Position numbers and translations under genes: made by a program
Origin: Utricularia gibba
Taxonomy: Eukaryota > Plantae > Magnoliophyta
Direction of reading: 5' to 3'
Assembly: GCA_002189035.1 (NCBI GenBank)
Contig: NEEC01000011.1
Location: 2,790,001 to 2,854,000 of the forward strand
Length of the DNA: 64,000 nt
Shown here: piece after piece, positions 25,489 to 38,266 of the stretch
Layout of the letters: each line of letters starts with the position of its first letter
How positions within the stretch are numbered: position 1 is the stretch's first letter
The notes under the pieces: model-generated
Databases searched by the model: none
What the model was told of the DNA's origin: nothing
Seen by the model: the letters and a program-made list of their open reading frames with translations, nothing else

Positions 25489-27493
25489 ATGGGGAGCCGC
25501 CCGAAAATGACGGAGTACGAGCGGCGGCGACTGGAGAACATCAAGCGGAATGACGAAATGCTGGCGGGGCTGAAAATCCATGCTCGTCTCCACGACCTCT
25601 CTGCCGTCACCGCTAAACGTCGCAGGTTTGTGTTTAATAATGTGTTGGTTGCCTGCCTCTGGAATGTTTTGTTTACTTGTTGGACTATTGGAGAAACGCA
25701 GTGGCTATGTTCTGAGTGAGAGTTGGTTCTGTGTACGAAGGATGCGTTTCAGTTTGCGTTTTGACTTTTTGTTGATTCGAGGGCTAGGTTTATTAATCTT
25801 TATAGTCGGATTTGGCAGTGATGAAAAGAAATCTTACAAAAGAAGCCCGTTGAAGAAGCCTAAGAGTGAGGAACCTGTTGTTTTGCGCCGTTCGCTAAGG
25901 ACTCGTGGAGTGGAACCTGATGCTGCCACGGCAGGTGGTCTTGGAGATGACTTCAAAGAGGATAAACGTGTGAAAGTGGGCAAAAGTCTTTATTCTTACT
26001 CTGCAGATGATAAGTTTCATTTTGAACCAGGGCCACTTGAAATGAAGAATGCCTACCAAGGTGATGATGGTGTGGATCAGAGCCTTGTAGAGAAAATGAG
26101 AGAATTTTCAATGACTGCCGCGTCCATAGAGGATAATAATCAGGGGTTTTTCAAACGCGCGTTGGGCTCAGTTGATCCAGAAGCATTACATTTGCAGCCT
26201 CAACATGTTGCAAGGTTGCTCCATGGAAGAATTATGAGCTTGAAGTTCTTCCCTACAAAGGATCTGCAAATTATTGTAGTTGGCAATAAATATGGTAATA
26301 TTTCATTCTGGGATGTGAATAGCGAGAATGAGGACAACCATGGGATCCATGTGTACCGTCCACATGCTGGCCCTGTGGGTGGAATTTCCATAGATCCGTT
26401 TTCTATGTCAAAGGTATTGATAACCGAGTATATGAAGCTTTGATGATGCTTTCTATTGCCCATATGCCTCCATAGGCTTGAATCTATGCAACTATTGCTT
26501 TTTCACATGTATTTTTTAATGAAGGTTTACAGTTCAGACTACAGTGGTGTCATAAGGATCATGGATGTGGAGAAGGAAGTATTTGATATGGTTTGTTGTA
26601 GTGATCACAGTATATACACCATATCCTTGAATCCACATAATCCAAGATCCTTGTACTACAGTGAGGGAAAAGGTGGATTCAATATGGTGGACACAAGGGC
26701 AGATAAAACTATGCTCAGGTGTGATCTGCACGAGGACAGAATCAACACCATAGACTTCAACTTACATAACGAGAACCTTGTAGCGACAAGTTCCACGGAT
26801 GGTACTGCTTGTATTTGGGATCTGAGACGTTTAAACCTAGATGAGCCAACCTCATTAAACGATGTTCATCACAAAAGAGCTGTTCATTCTGCTTACTTTT
26901 CACCAACAGGGAAGTTCTTGGCGACCACAAGGTTTGCTTATGCTTATTTCTTTCAAGATGTTTTCTCTAACTAGTGATCGCAATTTGTGCTTCCAATCAT
27001 CCAAATTTTGGACTTAAAGTTTGAGTCTTGAGTTGGCTGTTGTCTTATGTTTAAAGAGAATTTCTGCTATCATATGCAGCATTGATGACACGGTGGGGCT
27101 CTTAAGTGGAGCCAATTACGCAAAAAGTGACATGATCTACCATTACAACCAAACAAACCGATGGATTTCAACGTTCAGGTAGCAGTCTCCACCTTACCAT
27201 TTGAACTGATCATCAGCATTTTTTCTCCTCCAGATCCCTGAAACCTTGTTCTATCTTACCATCTATTCTTCTTCAAACAGAGGCATATGGGGTTGGGACG
27301 ACTCCTCCATTTTCATAGGCAACATGAAGAGGGGGGTTGATGTCATTTCTGTCCCCAGCGAAAGACCATCACTACTTTACATAGCGAACACGTGACTGCA
27401 ATCCCATGCCGGTACGATGCACATCCTTACAGTTTTGGAACACTTGCAGGTGCCACAAGTGGAGGCCAAGTCTACATCTGGACTCTGCAATGA
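25489..27493 (+). CDS. WDR76: WD repeat-containing protein 76 (WDR76/DRS1-like)
   Basis: MTEYERRRLENIKRNDEML, LRRSLRTRG, WD repeats (LHEDRINTIDFN..ATSSTDGTACIWDLR; HKRAVHSAYFSPTG), ends GATSGGQVYIWTLQ; -1 frameshift at 27353-27356. Confidence 0.9.
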
Positions 27494-28194
27494 GGGGAAA
27501 AAGAACAAGAAAAATCAGACAACCAGGTTGCTTTAGTTATCACTACTCGCAACCATTCTCTAGGAAGAAAGCATGTCTGTCTTTTGCTCAAATGTTACTC
27601 ATGCAGTTTGGTATTTCACCGATCCTCATGTGTTTTGCATCCTTCTGACATATTAGAGATGACCAAATGTATCATGAATAGCATGAATTCAAAGAACACT
27701 GAATGAGCTTTGCTTCACGTGTATATCCATCCGCTCATCCCTGCAATGAAATGGAATACCATCCTGTAAATATTTTATCAGTGAATTTTTTTTTAATTTT
27801 TGGTAATAAAAATAATTACAAATATTTATTTAAATCATTGAATTAACAAATTGGACTCGATCCGTTGGATGCGTGACTGGTTTCTTGTAGGAAGAAGGGC
27901 GGGTATCTTTGCGTGATCTCCTGGCTAGAGTCTGTTACAAGAGAATATTTGGAAATATCCTTTAATATTATTTTGACGTCACGTATACGTAATTATTCTG
28001 CGTATTTTTTAAATTCTTGGTATTACCAAACACGCCTCATCTTTCTATAAATAATTCCATTTTTCATGCGGAAACGGATAGATCCAATCCGCGTCAAGAA
28101 AGAAACAAAGAAACGGTCAGAGTAAGGGAGAGAACTTTGAGTCGCTGGATAGTTCGGTTTTACACTCCAGTTTCATCGGTTCGGGATCGGAGAA

Positions 28195-29860
28195 ATGGCC
28201 GGAGGAAACGTGGTTTTGAACTCCGGTGCGAGGGCTCATCTTTACGAGTATAGAATCACTCCTTTCTTCATTTTCGCCTGCATCGTCGGTTCATTGGGCG
28301 GTTCTCTGTTCGGCTACGATCTCGGCGTTTCTGGTGAGTTCTCGCACGCACATTCTGAGGCGAATTCGGAGATTGTTGAGGATTAATGCCGATTTGCAGG
28401 TGGTGTGACGTCTATGGATGATTTTTTGAAGGAATTTTTCCCGCAGATCTACAGAAGAAAGCATCAGCGGCTCAATGAAACTGATTACTGCAAATACGAT
28501 AATCAGATTCTGACGCTGTTCACTTCTTCGCTCTATTTCGCTGCCCTAGTTTCCACTTTCGGAGCGTCGCACGTCACTAGACGAAAGGGACGAAGAGCCA
28601 GCATTCTCTGTGGCTCCGTAAGTTTCTTCCTCGGTGCTGTTCTCAATGCCGCTTCTCAAAACATCGCTATGTTAATCATCGGCCGGATTCTCCTAGGTAT
28701 CGGCATCGGATTCGGAAACCAAGTATGCATAAACACGAACGCAATCTCCTCTAATTGCTACTGATTTTGTATCCTCTGTAAATTCGTGTTTTTTCCCCCA
28801 ATTTTTAGGCTGTACCGTTGTATCTATCAGAAATGGCGCCGGCGAAAATCAGGGGAGCAGTTAACCAGCTTTTCCAGTTAACAACATGTTTAGGGATTTT
28901 AATAGCCAACTTCGTCAACTACGGCGTTGAGAAGATTCATCCGTGGGGATGGAGGCTGTCGTTAGGGCTAGCGGCGGTTCCGGCGACCTTGATGTTCGTC
29001 GGGGACTTTTTCTACCGGAAACTCCGAACAGTCTGGTGGAACAAGGCAGATTTGAAGAAGGGAGACGGGTTCTTGAGAAAGTCAGGGGAACCCACAAAAT
29101 CGAAGCCGAATTCGAAGATCTGATCGAAGCAAGCAACGCAGCAAAAGCAATCAAAAACCCATTCCGCAACCTTCTCAAACGCAAGAATCGTCCCCAACTG
29201 GTACTCGGAGCTCTGGGAATCCCCGCTTTCCAGCAACTCACAGGTAACAACTCGATCCTGTTCTACGCTCCAGTTATTTTCCAGAGCCTGGGGTTCGGTT
29301 CCAGCGCATCCCTCTACTCCTCCGCCATAACCAGCGCCGCATTGGTGATCGCGACGCTGATATCAATGGCTCTGGTCGACAAATTCGGGAGAAGGGCGTT
29401 CTTCCTGGAAGCAGGGGCGGAGCTAATCTTCTGCTTCGTAGCAGTCGCCATAACTCTGGCTCTGAAATTCGGAGACGGGAAAACGATCTCCAAGGGAACC
29501 GGCATTTTTCTAGTGATCATCATCTTCGTCTTCGTCTTGGCCTACGGGAGATCGTGGGGGCCATTGGGGTGGTTGGTTCCGAGCGAGATTTTCCCACTGG
29601 AAACACGATCGGCGGGGCAGAGCATGGTGGTTTGTGTGAACATGATATTCACGGCATTGATTGCCCAGTGCTTCCTGGCGGCGCTTTGTCATCTGAGATA
29701 CGGCATCTTTTTGCTGTTCGCGGGGTTGATTTTTATCATGAGTAGCTTCATATTTCTTCTTCTGCCGGAGACGAAGCAAGTGCCCATCGAAGAGATATAT
29801 CTACTCTGGCAACAGCACTGGTTCTGGAAGAGGTACTGCTCTCCGGACGGAAGCTCCTAA
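28195..29860 (+). CDS. STP14: Sugar transport protein, STP14-like, 3 exons
   Basis: [80 protein letters not shown]; -1 frameshift at 29001-29004. Confidence 0.92.
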
Positions 29861-29951
29861 ATCGGCCGGCACCGGATAAACAATTTTATTAATGATATTA
29901 TTTTCTTCTTTTTTATTCGGAGATTTGAAAAAAACTAACTGATAGCGTAGG

Positions 29952-30133
29952 ATTAACAGAGAAGACGGCGGACACATGGCCCAATGAATGCTTCACAAAC
30001 TAATGGGCCTTCGCATCTGGGCTCAACTAGGCCATAATTGACATTAACAGAGAAGACGGCGGACACGTGGCCCAATGAAGGCTTCACAAACTAATGGGCC
30101 TTCGCATCTGGGCTCAACTAGGCCATAATTGAC
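29952..30133. repeat. Tandem duplication, 2 x 91 bp, 2 mismatches
   Basis: ATTAACAGAGAAGACGGCGGACAC(A/G)TGGCCCAATGAA(T/G)GCTTC...GGCCATAATTGAC starts at 29952 and again at 30043. Confidence 0.95.
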
Positions 30134-30375
30134 ATTAGAACTTGATTGTGATTTCCTAAGTAAAGCTTCTTTACATAGGAACTAAGCGTCATGGCGGTTG
30201 TGGAGCTGCGGGCTCACCTTCTTCTACTAATGGTTTCTAGTGCAGCCACTTCAGTCCATATATTCAACCCAACAAGGAGAAGAAAAGGCAGTGCATTCTA
30301 CGTTCTGTGTGTGTTATGGTGATTTTTTCCCGACAAAAAGGGGAAAAAATCCATATATAATGTGTTGGGGCATGT

Positions 30376-31362
30376 CTAGGCTCTGAAATTCCGGCCAATG
30401 TAGGTCTGGCCGAACTGCCAGTTGGCCGGAGCCACGTTCATCGAGGTGATGGTGCGGCGGTCGCTGCCGGTGACTCTGAAGGACAGGGCCTGGCCGACGA
30501 GGACCGTGTTGGATTGCCAGTTTTGCCCCCAGTTCCGGGCCATCGGCATCCACGGCGTCCCGGAGCCCTTGATGCTCACGCGCACGATATCCCCTGCGCC
30601 CGCGACGTTGGTGATCAAGACGAGGTTGAAGTAGCGAAACCCGTTCAGGGTGAACCGGATCCCTCCCGGCTTCCTGCACGGCACACTGAAACGAACAAAG
30701 CATAACTATTAAAACGGTGTCGTTTTACCTCCGTTAAAAAAATTGAAATTCCAAATTTCGCAACGTAATAAGTAAATTGCTAGAAGGTTTTTTTTTTCGA
30801 TGGACTCACCGGCGGAAGTTGACGGCGACTATACCGGCGCGATACTGAGCGATCTTGAGAAACATGGGCATGGCGAGGTCGAAGTGGGAACGGGGAGGGT
30901 TGCACCACCCGCCGTTGTCGTTGGGCAGGGCGTAGTTCGGGGGGCAAAAATTTGTCGCAGTGACGAGAATGGAAGGTCGCCCAGGGTTGCACCACCTCCC
31001 GTCCTGAGACGTGTCGCAGCTGATCTCGAAACAGGCGCCGCAACTGATCCCGTTGTTGAACAAGGCTGTGCTTAGCGCCGCCGTGTTCACGCCGTACCCT
31101 TGGCTGTACAAGTTCCCGTAGCCGCAAGCGCCGCCTTCATAAAGAAGACCATAATTATCAAAAACAAAATCCCACCCTAACCCATTAAAATGCACTACAC
31201 TTGCTCACCCATGGTGCCGGAAGCATCAGCGCCGCCGTAGAAAGTGGCGTGAGCAGATTGCCACGGGGTGCCAGTGTAGACACCAGGGACTCTTCCATGG
31301 GAAACGTTCACGGCGAAACAGAGAATGGAAATAAAGCGGAGAAGCTTCGCGGCGGCGGCCAT
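30376..31362 (-). CDS. EXPA: Alpha-expansin (EXPA4/6/9/16 clade), 3 exons
   Basis: Signal peptide, [34 protein letters not shown] motif, [12 protein letters not shown]. Confidence 0.95.
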
Positions 31363-33872
31363 TTCCCCGACGGCGGCTGCGAAGTAGAAGCCCTCGAGTG
31401 TACAAAATGAAGTGAGCGCCGGGGGCGTAGAGAGGGGCTATTTATGTTTGAGACAAGAAGGAAATTGGGGGCCACAAAGCCGGTGAAATTAAAACTATTT
31501 CATTTAATATGAATTTGAATTTGGTAAATATCTTATTATTTTACCGGTTTATTACATAAAATATATTTATAAAATTTATATACCAACTATATTTTCAATT
31601 TATAAATACATTAACTTAAATATAAAAAATACTTATAATACATATTTAATTAAATAATCGTACACATTGGGTACACCAATGCAAGGCTTCAAAGAGTGCA
31701 TACATTTCATACACACCAGTGGAGTTCATTAAGAGCATTTACGCCACCGACGAGGAACATTAAATACATTATACGAAAACCCTAATAAATGTAATTAAAA
31801 TAATTTCCTTGTAGAGGAGCGGTCTACAACTCTACACATTTATGGCCTACCTTACCATCTAATCTACCAAAACTTTTTTTTAAAAAAAAAAAAAAAAACT
31901 AGACTCCGTATTAATCTAATCGAACCCAATAGCCTTTGAAACGACATACGGTAATCATCCTGAATATTACATAAATGGGTATTATAAAAATTGAAAAAAA
32001 AAAGGTAAAATGGATGATGTCTAATTGGTATATACACTAATGATCAGTTCATCCATTAATTACCTTAATAAACACAAATCTAATTTTTATTTTATTAGAG
32101 ACAATGCTCTAAAAATATTTTTTTAATAAAGAGGGATTAAAGCATTAATGTGGAGTACGAATAATAGAGGGCAGGAGCATTGTAATAACTTAGGAGGCAC
32201 ACTTTGTCCTCGGATTCCCTTCCTCGGAGGGGGACAGACGCCTCGCCTTGTTCACTTGGTATGTAGTAAATGCACAGTGCACACACACACACACACCATT
32301 CGATTATTGTGTTGTATGTTCCAAATATTCGGATTCCTTATGTCGCAGCAGGTCTTCATATGCCTTCTTTCAATTCTCCATATTTGTTCTTGTTCTTGCA
32401 GAGAAGGGGAAATGGGAGGCGTGTTCAGACATCCGTACACTCCGATGGCCGGCATTGAATCTTAACCAGAAGAATTCTTGGTGTTAGGGCGCAAGGCACG
32501 TGGCGTGCGGAGTAAGGAAGACGGCTCCCTCGTGCACGCACGTGAGCTCCCCCACAACATTCATTTCCCTCGCTTTAATGTCCGGTCAACTCGTCTTCCT
32601 CCTCATTCACTCCGTTACCAGATATGTTGTTTTGTGGGCGAGGGTTCTGCGTAGTTATCGTGGGCTGCGAGGCATGTGATGTGTTTCCATGGCGGGAACG
32701 GCTCTGAGGTTTGGTTTTTTGAGCAGTTGCTTCTGTCGGGGACGACGAGTCATTTTGAGAAGTTATTACATGGATTAGGGTTGTCAATGGCATGTTAGAG
32801 AAGTTACATGCATCGCACGTGGAAATGTTACCGGGCCCATCCACGTGTCACATCCCAACACGTGTAATTGCACTATGGTATCATTAATAACACCTTTGAT
32901 GTGGTATGTATATGCACTGTGTTTATTTCTTGAATAAATAAGCAAATATTTGCCCCAGTAACCGTCAATTGATGGGCTGACGGGGGTTGTTTAGGCCTGG
33001 CCCAAAACGTGAAGCCCAAAATGAATACAGCATGCCCTAAATTGGAGATCTGTAGATGCCAATCTGGGGAATGCGGCAGTTTCTGGAGTGCGGAATATGT
33101 CGCCGGTGAAGGGAGTTCTGGAGGTGGGATTCGGGCAGCGGCTTCGATTTTACCGAGAAATTTTGGAAATGGAGGCGAAACGAGAGGACGAAGGAACAGA
33201 GTGTAAATTCTCCAAAGTCCCCAACGGAGAAGACAATTTCTCGTTATTGCATCGAAATGCAGTCTGTAATCGCTGATTCTTCAATGGAAGATCCTGCTAC
33301 ATGGACCTGGGGCTTTCATTTGATGGGCAGTGATTTTCTTGGGATGGGTTCATGGTAAAGAGAGATTCTCATCGAATGGCACCCGTTTCGCTGCCGGGGG
33401 GAGGCGACACGATGGAGATCGTACCTGGCGGCTCGGCTCAGACGCGAGAGTATTACACCGATTCGCATCCTCACGGAAGAAAAAAGACTCGTGATCGATC
33501 AAGCTCCATCAAGAAAACATTTATTGCAGGGATCGATGAAACTAAAAGGTCCAACGCCAGAGTTTCGCCAACAAGCGCAGATTACTTCTACGGAGCAAAG
33601 GCATCGAGAAACAATTTGTTGAACCCAGAAAATGGTGGAGCTTGAGATCATTGGCTTCTGGGAATAAGTAATTGGAGAGAGTCGTATAGAAAGTGGAGTG
33701 AATCTAAGAGCTGCAAAGAAAATGGCGGATTTGTGAAGAACAGAGAAGTGAAAAGGTGTGGGACTTACTCGTATCCCTCTTCGTCATGTCAGTTCGAGAA
33801 TGGGGTGCTGCGGCTTACTTAGCTCCGATGAACAGAAACCGAAGAGGGCGAATGGGGAAGAAGACTGACTAA

Positions 33873-34839
33873 TCAATTGATTTTGCATTCAGGGGCAGGG
33901 CCTTTAGGGAACCTCCATCTGTCCTTACAATAATCATACACCATATGATTCTTCTGGAGCTTCTTCATCCTCTCGCGGCTTCTCCTGTCGAGCTCAAACT
34001 TCATCAACGGCATCGCCTCCATATCCTCCGCCGTGCACAACGACCTCATGCTCATCCGTGACCAGATGCACCCTTCCAATGAGAAGTTCCTGTAAGCCGC
34101 CGTGAACGGCGCCAGCCGCCAATCCGTCTTCACTCGCCCGCCCTGCGTCGCCCAATCGTCAGCATTCCATATGCTCGAGTACACCCTCATCGGTTGGTTG
34201 CTCGGAAAGGGCACCCGTAGCCTCCTCTCCGCGTTTCTGAACTGCCTGATGGGTTGGCCGTCTACATACCAGCTACAAGAAACATCAGTTTATAAGAAAT
34301 AACCTTGGCCACAAATGAGTCTCTGGTTCAATTCATCAGTCGCATCATCACTTCACAAAGACAGACTCACATGATGGACTTGGGGTTCCAGAGAATGGAG
34401 TAAGTATGGAATTCCAAAGTGGGATCAAACCAGAGGAAGAACTGCTGCTCCCTTTCCCCTTTCCCTTGGCTGAAAACGTTGGTGTGAAGAGTGTAAGGGT
34501 TCCCACTGGAGTTCCCAAGAAACTCGAAGTCTATTTCATCATGGTGATCTCCTTGTGATGAAAACTGTTCAAACGCAGGATTATACATATTTTCAGGGCT
34601 TGCTCAATGTATGATAAACAACCTACGTAGTATGTTGTGACGGTTCCTGCAGCATTCCCGGGAACAAGCTTGACCTCCATGTCGATTCGACCGTACAGCA
34701 GTTCTTTCCTTGACTGGAACCCGGAGCCTGATTCCTTGTCGAGCGAAAGCGTAAGAAGCTCGCCGTTGTTTGTTATACGGGCGTTTCTTTCACCCCATGT
34801 CACCAGAAACAACCGCTGGAATGTCCCCTCAGGTACCAT
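33873..34839 (-). CDS. XTH: Xyloglucan endotransglucosylase/hydrolase (group I/II); true start uncertain
   Basis: Catalytic [52 protein letters not shown]; no clean in-frame signal peptide found upstream. Confidence 0.9.
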
Positions 34840-35605
34840 CCCCGGCGCAGTTTCCTCTTTACTGTTTGTGCAACACAACACAAAACAAATGCACGTAGAG
34901 AGTCACCGACGGCCGGAATTCTGCCGCCTTACTGGATTAGAGAAACAGTAAAAGAAACGGTCTTCCAGCACCCACCGTGAAATAACCGTCTGTTGATCAC
35001 GCCTAGCTGCAAACATCCTCTCCGAAATAATGACGTCCAGCTTCGGAAATAACATCGACAAAGGTTACGTTAGATTCTGGTCAAATATGAAACACCAAGA
35101 GACGATTCACCTTGAAAATGAAGATGGCGGAGAACAGAATGAAGGCGAAGTAGGGGAGGAAACGGTGCTGCGAGGAGGAAGGAGAGGTTCGTGGTGGCAT
35201 AACGATGACTTGAAAGGGAAATTTTGCAGCATATTTTCTGTGAAAATGGATTTCTTTCTCTTTTCTGTTTTCCTCCTTTGGAAGGATGGCCTGTGTTTTT
35301 TGTTGCTGCTGCCGGTGGTTGCCCGCGAGTCGTGGAGATTACCAAGAATGCATTTTGGAAGACTGTTATTAGGTACTCGCTCTGATTTCAATGAATGAGA
35401 GATTTGATACCTGTTGTATTCTACATATTGATTAAGCATTCGTGATATGCAAGATCTGTAGCATCTCTTACCATCTTTACTTCACACACAACTGTCGTTG
35501 GATCCATCTCAAAGAAGTATTTTTTAACAGGACCCATGTACAAAACGAGGATACACTGCATCCCCTGCAAGCATTGCAGAAGCCATTCTTGGAAAACTTG
35601 TTCAA

Positions 35606-37011
35606 ATGGTCCGAGCATCGAGATCTTTTGGTTTGTTTTTCATGGGGTTTGTGATTTTATTTTCTGGGTTGGAAGGTGAGATCCGGACGTACGAGATAAA
35701 AAGGGGCGATCTTTCTGTCAAGGTGTCTAACTTCGGAGCCAGAATCGTGTCTGTTGTTCTTCCAGACAAGAATGGTGCGCTGTAACGCTTCCTTTTTCGT
35801 AACCCATTTCGCGAATTCGCTTCTTGTGTTGATTTAATGCGTTTCGTTTTCAGGTAATTTGGGGGATGTTGTTCTTGGCTATGATACGATCACACAGTAT
35901 ATGGTACTGCTGTCGATTGTTTTCCGATGTGTGTTTTGTTGTGTGAATCATGAGAATATTGCAGAACGATTCCGCTTACCTTGGAGCCATCGTCGGCCGA
36001 GTCGCAAATCGAATCGCCGGAGCTCGGTTTACCCTGAATGGGACTCTCTATAAGCTTGACTGTAATGAAGGATCCAACACGCTCCACGGTTCGGATTTAC
36101 GGGTTAGTTGTTCTGATCGGCTTGCTTTTCTGCAACTATGGATTCTGTCTTTCAACAGGAGGTAGAAGAGGATTCAGTCAAGTAGTTTGGAAGGTGAAAA
36201 GCCACAGACAGAGTGGATCATCTCCATCTGTTAGTTTGCAGTATCACAGCCGTGATGGGGAGCAAGGTGTTTGTTAAAAGTCTTCAAAGGGGAAGGAAGA
36301 AGAATACCTGTGCCATCTTCTGATCATTCTTTTTGCAGGTTTTCCGGGAGACCTTCGCGTCACCGTAACGTACGCGATCCCCGAGCCATACCGGCTGACA
36401 GTAGACATGAAGGCCACGGCCATAAACAAGCCCACGCCTGTGAATCTCGCCCAACACAGCTACTGGAACCTCGCTGGTCACAACAGTGGGAACATACTCT
36501 CCCACGAGCTGCAACTATTTGCCTCACACACCACTCCGGTCGGCCAGCACCTCATCCCCACCGGAGAGATCGCCTCCGTGAAGCGGACACCATATGATTT
36601 CCTCGAGCCACATCCGATCAACGCCCAAATTAGCTCACTTCCCGCCGGCTCCAAAGGCTACGACATCAACTACGCTGTTGACGGTTACAGGGCGAAACGA
36701 ACCAGGCCTGTGGCAGCAGTCTACTCCCCAGGTCCGGCCGAAGAATGGAGCTCTCATCGGATGCCCCTGGAGTTCAGCTCTACACCGGTAACTATTTGCA
36801 TGATGTGAATGGGAAGGGAGGTTTCCTTTACCAGAATCATGCAGGTCTGTGCTTGGAAACTCAGGGCTTTCCCGATTCTGTGAATCATCCAAATTTCCCC
36901 TCACAGATTGTGTTCCCCGGTGGAACGTACAAACACCACATGGTGTATGCGTTTTCAGTCGCCGGAGGCGGCGGGCTCGGTACGCCCAAGTGCCGAAAGC
37001 GCTCGGCTTGA
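35606..37011 (+). CDS. Aldose 1-epimerase / galactose mutarotase with N-terminal signal-like peptide, 4 exons
   Basis: MVRASRSFGLFFMGFVILFSGLEG, GAIVGRVANRIAGA, NTLHGG..GF, TPVNLAQHSYWNL, QLYTGN, GLCLETQGFPDSVNHP; -1 frameshift at 36726-36729. Confidence 0.93.
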
Positions 37012-37764
37012 CAGTGGTAACGCAGTTTTGTGGAATCGAATCCCTTTCACAGATTCACTTTCCGGTGGAATTTGATCACATCGTAAACCAAATTGACGCA
37101 ATAATTTACCTTCATACCCTAAACACAATCTCAGTTTTGAAGTCTGAAACCTACCTCCGTTCCGCCGCCGGCGATTACTGGATAATCCCAACGCTAATTT
37201 AATTGATTGATGATCACTTTATTTGATTATTTTTTTTTATATTTACATTTTTTAGTTCATTATTGATCTCTAGAAACTCATGACTATTCAAGAATGTTCG
37301 AAATGATTAAAAAAATATGATCATTATCAGCATTAATATTAAGAATAATAATATAATATAATGAATTCGATTTCCCATTCATAATTCAACGTAATGAATG
37401 TGCCTTTCCTTTCACATTGGTAAGACCTTTCCACTCCATGGGTCCCGTGGGACCTGCATGACAAGTACGGTCGTGAAGTAAATTAGACAGTATATTTATT
37501 TTTTAAAAAAATATATCTGAAAAAACAAATTCCAAATTTAAATATATAGGATTTGTGTTGGTATGATGGTGTAGAAGGTTAAATATTTAGATTTAGTAAT
37601 AATTAAATTTCACCATGTCACGGATGCTACGTGGTACGGACATTTTTGTCCAATTGATCTTGAATACATTTGAACACCAAATCCATTCTTTTCTGAAAAT
37701 AATAAAGTATTGATGATATTATTATTGAAGCAATAGGACGTGGGTCCCTTGTGGGCCAAGTCGA

Positions 37765-37794
37765 GGTCAAAGTCAAGGTCAAAGTCAAGGTCAA
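37765..37794. promoter_or_regulatory. Five tandem W-boxes (RGTCAA)5 upstream of unknown-family copy A1
   Basis: GGTCAA-AGTCAA-GGTCAA-AGTCAA-GGTCAA, i.e. TTGACY five times on the minus strand with 6-bp period. Confidence 0.75.
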
Positions 37795-38266
37795 TATATA
37801 TTAAACAATTCGAAGGTGGGGTCACATGGAGCAGCGTTGTCCGTTGGCTTTATTGGGATATATTACAAAAGTGGTCGTGTGTGAGAAAAATGATCATTTA
37901 TTAATTTGTAAAAGAAAAAAATATAGTTGTCTTGCCAAATTTTTCATTTTTTTATTATTTCAAAATGGATTTTTATTATTAAATATTTAATTTATACTCT
38001 CAATTTTAATTATTACCATCCTACGAAGGTGGCCAAATCAATTTTATTAGCTAATAAAATAATAAGAATTAAATATATTTAAATTTTAAAAAGTTAAGTG
38101 TTGTGTACCCTCACGCCTCATCCTGTTCTATAAGTGGCCGACCCGACAACTCGCTGAAAAAACACCTTCCTTTTTGTGTTCGCCTGCGGATTCTTTGGAA
38201 GAGGATGACGGGTAAGTAGCTCCGCTCCGTCTTCAACTGGTTTTGCAGAAATGATATTGTTCGAAA

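Noticed and set aside
30276-30296. miR408-like target site GGAGAAGAAAAGGCAGTGCAT
   Set aside because: Only about 11 contiguous nt match, several mismatches elsewhere, and it lies over 400 nt beyond the STP14 stop; no hairpin.
38212-38248. 37-nt GTAAGT...CAG mini-intron in the 5' region of the new family
   Set aside because: Shorter than the typical plant minimum and than other introns here; longer in-frame introns from the same or next donor explain the structure. Needs cDNA.
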